Source of the DNA: an uncultured Acidobacteriota bacterium | GTDB lineage: Bacteria; Acidobacteriota; DATKUA01 | Assembly: GCA_964408025.1 (NCBI GenBank) | Contig: CAYOXX010000004.1 | Coordinates: 4,148-68,147, forward strand | DNA: 64,000 nucleotides | Direction of reading: 5' to 3' | Shown here: piece after piece, positions 58,991-64,000 of the stretch | Numbering within the stretch: position 1 is the stretch's first letter | Layout: each line of letters starts with the position of its first letter | Position numbers and translations under genes: made by a program | Notes under the pieces: generated by a model | Told to the model about the DNA's origin: nothing | Database searches by the model: none | What the model saw: only the letters and a program-made list of their open reading frames with translations

Positions 58991-60283
58991 CTACTGCGGC
59001 CGCTCGAAGGTCAGGGTTACGGTCAGCTCGGATTCCCCGCGCCGCACTTCCAGTTCCGCGCCGTCGCCCCATCCCTTGGCCGCCAGGCGAATGCGCAGGT
59101 CGGTGACGTCGGCTACCGGCCGGCCGTCGATGCCGGTGACGACGTCGCCGCTCTCGAGTCCGGCGCGCTCTGCCACCGAGCCGGGCGCAACCCTCGATAC
59201 CACCACCCGGCCGTCGCTGTCGCGCAGGCTTGCGCCGAGCGATGGGTAGTACGAGGGATCGGTGTCGCCGGCGATGCCGTAGAGGTAGTCGGCGAGGCTG
59301 CGCACCGCCCTGGCGCTCGCGCCCGGCTCGACGTCGACCGCGAGCACGGTGGCGTAGGGCAGCGGCAGCCGCTCGGCGACGCGGCGGTTGATGCCGAGGT
59401 TGTACGCGCAGTGGCCGCTGCCGGCGATGACGACCACGATGCCGTCGAAGCCCTCCATCGCCCGGCGAACGCTGGCCGCCATCGCCGCGTCCCAGGTGCT
59501 CTGAGCGGCGTACATGCGCTCGAAGCGCGCCGCGGCCTCGTCGGGATCGCCCGGCTGCGGGCCGTGGGCGGCCGGGCCGCTGAAGTAGAACTCGATCAGG
59601 CGACGGTGCTCGGTATGCGTCACGTCGACCTCGCCGACGATCTCCCGCTCCTCGGGCGAGAGTGAGTCGAGGCCGGCCATGGCGACCTTGTGGACGATGC
59701 TGCGCGGGATGTTTAGTCCGACGACCGGAAGGCCGTGGTCGCGGGCGAACTCCATGATCGGCCGGTAGTAGCCGAAGTTGTAGCTGCCGCCGGCGTACCA
59801 GCCGGTGGCGCGCAGCAGCTCCTCCTCACCCAGGCAGCCGGCGCTCCAGTCCGCCAGCGCCGCCGCGTCGGAGCGCTGGAAGAACTCCATGCCGATCACC
59901 AGGTTCGGATTTATAGCGTGGATACCCTCGATGATTCGCAACTGCATGCGGTGCGTGGCCATGCTGGTGTGCGACTCGCCGAGGTAGACGATGCGCACCG
60001 CAGCCAGCCGCGCGACGAGGTCGTCGAAAGCGATCTGCTCGCCGGCGCAGGCGGAGTGGATCTCGCCGACGCGGATCGCCAGCTCGCGCGTCCGCAGCTC
60101 GGCCGGGCCGAGGGGCAGCGTGTCGGCGGTCGGCGGCCGCACGGACGCGCAGGCGGACAGTAAGGTCAGCATCGTCGCGATGGCGAGAGCCGCAGTGGCT
60201 GAACGGACGGTTCCGGAAGAGTAACTCGTGTTCTCCATCCCGATACACCGGTTGAGAGCGAAGCGGGCGACGTCTAACAGCAA
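58991..60283 (-). CDS. ChaN-family (Tiki/haem-binding uptake superfamily) lipoprotein fused to a C-terminal PDZ domain
   Basis: It has a ChaN core (IVYLGESHTS...GMEFFQR...) and a PDZ-like C-terminus (GRVVVSRVAPGSVAERAGLESGDVVTGIDGRPV). Confidence 0.55.
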   Translation of the reverse strand: MLLDVARFALNRCIGMENTSYSSGTVRSATAALAIATMLTLLSACASVRPPTADTLPLGPAELRTRELAIRVGEIHSACAGEQIAFDDLVARLAAVRIVYLGESHTSMATHRMQLRIIEGIHAINPNLVIGMEFFQRSDAAALADWSAGCLGEEELLRATGWYAGGSYNFGYYRPIMEFARDHGLPVVGLNIPRSIVHKVAMAGLDSLSPEEREIVGEVDVTHTEHRRLIEFYFSGPAAHGPQPGDPDEAAARFERMYAAQSTWDAAMAASVRRAMEGFDGIVVVIAGSGHCAYNLGINRRVAERLPLPYATVLAVDVEPGASARAVRSLADYLYGIAGDTDPSYYPSLGASLRDSDGRVVVSRVAPGSVAERAGLESGDVVTGIDGRPVADVTDLRIRLAAKGWGDGAELEVRRGESELTVTLTFERPQ

Positions 60284-60385
60284 GCAGTCGTCCGATCGAT
60301 CGCGCTATGCGACGCTATTGTCGGGGCTCCGTGCAATCTTGTCCAGCGGGCGTCGAGCTCAATCCCGAATCGGAGAGGGCTACGC

Positions 60386-61297
60386 TTGCCTCCGGCTGTG
60401 CGGAATGGTAGCTTTCGGTTCCACTTCACCGGCCGGGAGCATTCAGTGGACCTTGAGAAAGCTCTAGAACGGGCGCGCGGCGGCGCCGAGATCGCCTGCG
60501 GGCTGATGATGCGGCACTACCGCGGCGACTACGCAGTCTACACCAAGGGTGACGCCGCCGACCGCGCCGGGGCGGTGCTGACGGAGCCGGACCTGCTCTG
60601 CGACGCGGCCCTGCTTGAGCACTTCGGCACGCTCTACCCCGACCACGCCGTGGTCTCGGAGGAGTCGTACGGCTCCCTCCCCGAGGGCTGGCACGAGCGC
60701 GAGTGGGTTTGGCACATCGACCCGATCGACGGCTCGCTCAGCTACCTCGAGGGCACCGACAACTTCGGCGTCTCGATCGGCCTGGCGCGCGGCGGCGAGC
60801 CGGTCCTGGGAGTGCTGCGCAACCCGGCTCAGGGTATCGAGGCCTGGGCGGCCGCCGGCCTGGGGGCATTTGTCAACGGCGAGCCGGTCGGCTTCAAGGA
60901 GCCCTGTGGCGAGCCGCCGCGGCTGCTGCTGAGCAGCAACCAGGCCGGACGCCGTTCTTACCGGCGGGCGGTCGAGATCCTGCGCCCGGGCGAGATCATC
61001 AAGCTCGAATCGGTGGTCACCAAGGCGATCTACCTGCTGCAGGGGCGCGGTGACTACTATTTCTCGCTTCCGGCCGAGGTCTTCGGCGGCGGCCGCCCCA
61101 GCGTCTGGGATCTGGCCGGGGCAGCGGCCATTGTCGCCGAGGCCGGCGGTGCGGCGACCGATATCTACGGAGAACCGCTGCATTTCTCCGGACCCGAACT
61201 CGCCTGGTCAAGCGGCCACCTCTTCGCCCACCCAGAGGCCGCGGACGCGGCACTCAGGCAACTCGAAAAATTGATCGCCGAACGCCGTAGACTGTAA
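60386..61297 (+). CDS. inositol monophosphatase-family phosphatase (IMPase/CysQ-like)
   Basis: It has motif A (VVSEES) and motif B (WHIDPIDGS). The exact start is uncertain and may lie downstream of 60386. Confidence 0.6.
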   Translation: MPPAVRNGSFRFHFTGREHSVDLEKALERARGGAEIACGLMMRHYRGDYAVYTKGDAADRAGAVLTEPDLLCDAALLEHFGTLYPDHAVVSEESYGSLPEGWHEREWVWHIDPIDGSLSYLEGTDNFGVSIGLARGGEPVLGVLRNPAQGIEAWAAAGLGAFVNGEPVGFKEPCGEPPRLLLSSNQAGRRSYRRAVEILRPGEIIKLESVVTKAIYLLQGRGDYYFSLPAEVFGGGRPSVWDLAGAAAIVAEAGGAATDIYGEPLHFSGPELAWSSGHLFAHPEAADAALRQLEKLIAERRRL

Positions 61298-61476
61298 CGC
61301 TGACCCGAACTTGTCAGCCTTTGGCTGAGGTCGCCTAGTCGGCCTAAAGGCCGACGCTACCATCAGTTTAGTGCGGAGCACTCATCTGTTTTTGCTTTTA
61401 CTGAACGCGTCAATTGGCGATAATATTGTAGATTCAGACACGATAATTGGGCCCATTTCGAGGAGAGCGGTTTGCC

Positions 61477-62499
61477 ATGGAGAAGACTTTAAAATCTGGC
61501 AGGCGTCGCTGCGACCGGCGGCAATTCCTCAAGACTACGGCCGCGGCGGGTGTCTGCACTGCCGGCCTCGCGGCGATGGGCCTTGTGGGCACGAAACGGG
61601 AGGCCGACCGCGGCCGGCAGGGCGAGCGCTCCCCCGGCGAAGTCGCCGCGATCGTGCTCGGCAGCGCCCAGGACGGCGGCGTTCCGCACGCTGGCTGCCG
61701 CTGCGCGCACTGCGAGGCGGCCCGCCGTGACGCGAACCTGCGTCGCAGGAGCCCCTGCCTGGCTCTCCTGCACCATGACGAGCGCAAGGTCTTCCTGATC
61801 GACGCCGGCCCCGACTTTCCCGAACAGCTCGAGGAACTACCGGCCGACTGGAGAGCGGGCCGCAATCCCGTCGACGGCATATTCCTCAGCCACGCCCACA
61901 TCGGCCACTACGCCGGCCTGGTCCACCTGGGGCGCGAGGTGATGAGCACCTCCGGCCTGCCGGTCTACTGCAGCGAGAGGATGGCGTCCTTCCTGCGCCA
62001 AAACGGCCCCTGGAGCCTGCTGGTCGAGCTGGGAAATATCGAGATACGCGTGATTGCGCCGGGTCAGACGGTGCAGCCGGCGCCCGGCCTATCCGTCAAG
62101 CCGCTGGCCGTTCCCCACCGAGCCGAGTTCACCGACACGCTGGCCTTCGCCGTCGGCGGACCGAACTCGCGACTGCTTTACCTGACCGACATCGACAGCT
62201 GGGAGCAGCTTCAGCCGCCGATCGAGGAGTTAGTATCGGGAGTCGATATCGCGCTGCTCGACGGCACCTTCTACTCGACCGAGGAGCTGCCCGGACGCGA
62301 TCCGGCCGAGGTCCCGCACCCGCCGGTCGCCGAGACCGTAGAGCTCCTGGGAGGGATAGCGGAAAGCGGCGCTACGAGGATTCTCTTTACTCACATCAAC
62401 CACACCAACCCGCTGCTCGACGCCGACGGCGAGCTGCTGCGCCGCTTGAGAAGCCGCGGCTTCGACATCGCCTACGACGGCCTGACTCTGAACCTCTGA
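61477..62499 (+). CDS. Tat-signal MBL-fold metallo-hydrolase (PqqB-like)
   Basis: It has an AGGAGA RBS and a twin-arginine motif (RRQFLKTTAAAG). A PqqB-like core follows (ILGSAQDGGVPHAGCRCAHC...SHAHIGHYAGL). Confidence 0.6.
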   Translation: MEKTLKSGRRRCDRRQFLKTTAAAGVCTAGLAAMGLVGTKREADRGRQGERSPGEVAAIVLGSAQDGGVPHAGCRCAHCEAARRDANLRRRSPCLALLHHDERKVFLIDAGPDFPEQLEELPADWRAGRNPVDGIFLSHAHIGHYAGLVHLGREVMSTSGLPVYCSERMASFLRQNGPWSLLVELGNIEIRVIAPGQTVQPAPGLSVKPLAVPHRAEFTDTLAFAVGGPNSRLLYLTDIDSWEQLQPPIEELVSGVDIALLDGTFYSTEELPGRDPAEVPHPPVAETVELLGGIAESGATRILFTHINHTNPLLDADGELLRRLRSRGFDIAYDGLTLNL

Positions 62500-62592
62500 A
62501 GCCCCGAGCTTCTGGAAACCTTTATTAATCTGGTTAGAAATCGACCAGCCGTGCTAAAGTAAGGAATAGCCGGAATACCTAAGGGGGAGCGT

Positions 62593-63456
62593 ATGAAGTA
62601 TGCCGAGGTTGTAATCGTTGCGGGTTTGGCGGCGGCGCTGATGATGATGCCCGCCTGCGGCGGACCGGCCCTCCCGAGCGAGGAGGAAGCTGCGGATTTA
62701 ATCGCGGACGAACTCGCCGAGGCTTTCGAGGAGCTGAATATCGACATCGACCTCGACGAGGACGACATCGAGGGCATCGAGATCGGCCCGCTGGAAGGGG
62801 AAACCTGCGAGGTCGAGTTCAGGATTGAGGCAGAAGGTCTCAGCGACCGCAAGGTGACAATCGATCTCACTTACGACGCCGACGACGCGGAGTGGGGGAT
62901 CCGGGCGCGCGAGGCGCGCAAGATAGCTCGCAGGCTGCTCGGCACCGAGGAGGGCAGAGAGCCCCCCGAGCCCGATGCGGGCGCCGAGGAAACGGAGCCG
63001 GTTGAACGAGAAGACGAGGTGGCGGAAGGCGACCGGACGCCCTTAACGCGCGAAGAGCCGCAAGCGGAGCCGACGGAAAGCGAAGTCGATGCTGGCGGGC
63101 CCTGTGCCAACGCGATTCCGGTGAGTGGCGGGCGGGCTGCCGGGACGGCGAGCGGTATCGACCGCCTCTATTACAGCTTTGTTATCGAAAGGGCCGATAT
63201 CTACTCTATTTTCACGGAGAATGGTGTCGACACCGTTGGAGAACTTCTGGACGAGAACTGCTCGCTGATCGATCTCGACGACGACAGTGGCCCGAACGCC
63301 AATTTCCTTATCAACCAGTATCTGACGCCCGGCACCTATTACGTTGCGGTACGCGGCTACTCCGCACTCTCGCGCGGGGAATTCACCCTGCGCATCTTCC
63401 GAGGAGCCGTAGCCACCGACTCTTCAGATGAAGAGCCGGAGCCCGGACCCAGATAA
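62593..63456 (+). CDS. acidic lipoprotein with C-terminal pre-peptidase-C-terminal-like beta domain
   Basis: It has a lipobox (MMMPACGG) and an extremely acidic middle region. The C-terminus reads ...GTYYVAVRGYSA...GEFTLRIF. Confidence 0.4.
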   Translation: MKYAEVVIVAGLAAALMMMPACGGPALPSEEEAADLIADELAEAFEELNIDIDLDEDDIEGIEIGPLEGETCEVEFRIEAEGLSDRKVTIDLTYDADDAEWGIRAREARKIARRLLGTEEGREPPEPDAGAEETEPVEREDEVAEGDRTPLTREEPQAEPTESEVDAGGPCANAIPVSGGRAAGTASGIDRLYYSFVIERADIYSIFTENGVDTVGELLDENCSLIDLDDDSGPNANFLINQYLTPGTYYVAVRGYSALSRGEFTLRIFRGAVATDSSDEEPEPGPR

Positions 63457-63461
63457 GTCGG

Positions 63462-64000
63462 CTACTGACTGTAGAAACGGAGGAACTCGACCGGATGGGA
63501 CCAGGGGGCGAGGTCCGGGCGCTTGGGATTCCAGTAGCGCGGACCGCGATCGCCGCCCGGCAGCGGCCCGCCCCAGCGGCCGCGCCAGGCCAGCCACGGC
63601 TCCTCGCCGGTTAGAATAGTCAACTCGTAATCATCCTGGGCTCGGAACCCACCGCCGCCCTCGATCCGCCGCAAGGCTATGGAAAAGACGCGTTCCTCGT
63701 CCAGGCAGATTCGGTAATCGCCAGCACGCGGGTAGAGCGAGTGGCATCCCGGCGAGACATAAACAATCGGGCGGTCCCCGGATAACTCCACATCGATCCA
63801 CTCCGTAACAGATCCGTACCAGCCCTGAGTCAGCGCCAGGTGAAGTGGCGCGCCCTGCTCATCGAGATAGACGGCCGCCATCTGCCAGTCGCCGGTCCGG
63901 CGTATCGGCACCTCCTCGACGGCGAAGAAGAGCCAGTACTGGATGACGGTCCAACTCCGGCCGCCCTCCGCAACGCTGCAGGCGTGCACGTAAACCCGCG
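63462..64000 (-). CDS. hypothetical protein; the 5' end lies outside the window
   Basis: The reading frame is open to the window edge and no motif is recognised. Confidence 0.35.
   Translation of the reverse strand, partial: RVYVHACSVAEGGRSWTVIQYWLFFAVEEVPIRRTGDWQMAAVYLDEQGAPLHLALTQGWYGSVTEWIDVELSGDRPIVYVSPGCHSLYPRAGDYRICLDEERVFSIALRRIEGGGGFRAQDDYELTILTGEEPWLAWRGRWGGPLPGGDRGPRYWNPKRPDLAPWSHPVEFLRFYSQ

Overview
This is a high-GC (~65%) bacterial chromosomal window with no rRNA, tRNA or CRISPR that I can support. Gene calls below rest on ORF length, start/RBS context and motifs I can read directly in the translations.

Content from left to right:
- Two tandem Kelch-propeller/CARDB secreted paralogs.
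- An NCS2 purine permease.
- A methyltransferase/amidohydrolase/epimerase operon whose first two genes overlap at ATGA.
- A four-gene LolA-like + FtsX-permease + ABC-ATPase + outer-membrane-barrel system.
- A DUF62 (fluorinase-family) SAM hydroxide adenosyltransferase next to a TolC-like channel.
- A DnaQ-type exonuclease and pyrE, a hybrid-type sensor kinase with a cognate periplasmic binding protein, and a large exopolysaccharide locus.

The exopolysaccharide locus is of the exosortase/PEP-CTERM type. It carries an ExeA-like ATPase, a tyrosine-kinase-like ATPase, a Wza-like exporter, a Wzz chain-length protein, an O-antigen-ligase-like protein, a Wzx flippase and four glycosyltransferases. 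Embedded in it is an unusual pair of radical SAM enzymes (one SPASM-type, one B12-binding) plus a zinc-ribbon methyltransferase.

After that locus come a gcvT-H-PA-PB glycine cleavage operon, two tandem ABC-2 permease paralogs, a secreted TIM-barrel-like hydrolase and two tandem paralogous secreted proteins embedded in dense REP-like hairpin repeats.

The most striking feature is an AT-rich segment (about 50.75-53.93 kb) bounded on the left by a composite REP array (50565-50748) that recurs, with its blocks in a different order, at 55745-55925 just upstream of the RM gene. It carries:
- a 996-aa Type IIG restriction-modification enzyme whose N-terminal half (PD-ExK nuclease through NPPY) is host-like GC but whose C-terminal target-recognition region is AT-rich;
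- a GC-rich vestigial copy of the RM C-terminal tail;
- an unknown 269-aa gene;
- a 12-bp perfect long-range inverted-repeat element;
- two small ORFs.
I read this as a specificity-cassette replacement, possibly with an accessory defence cargo.

The right end of the window holds a GNAT acetyltransferase, a ChaN-PDZ fusion, an IMPase-family phosphatase, a Tat-signal PqqB-like MBL hydrolase and an acidic lipoprotein. No exosortase gene is visible in the window.
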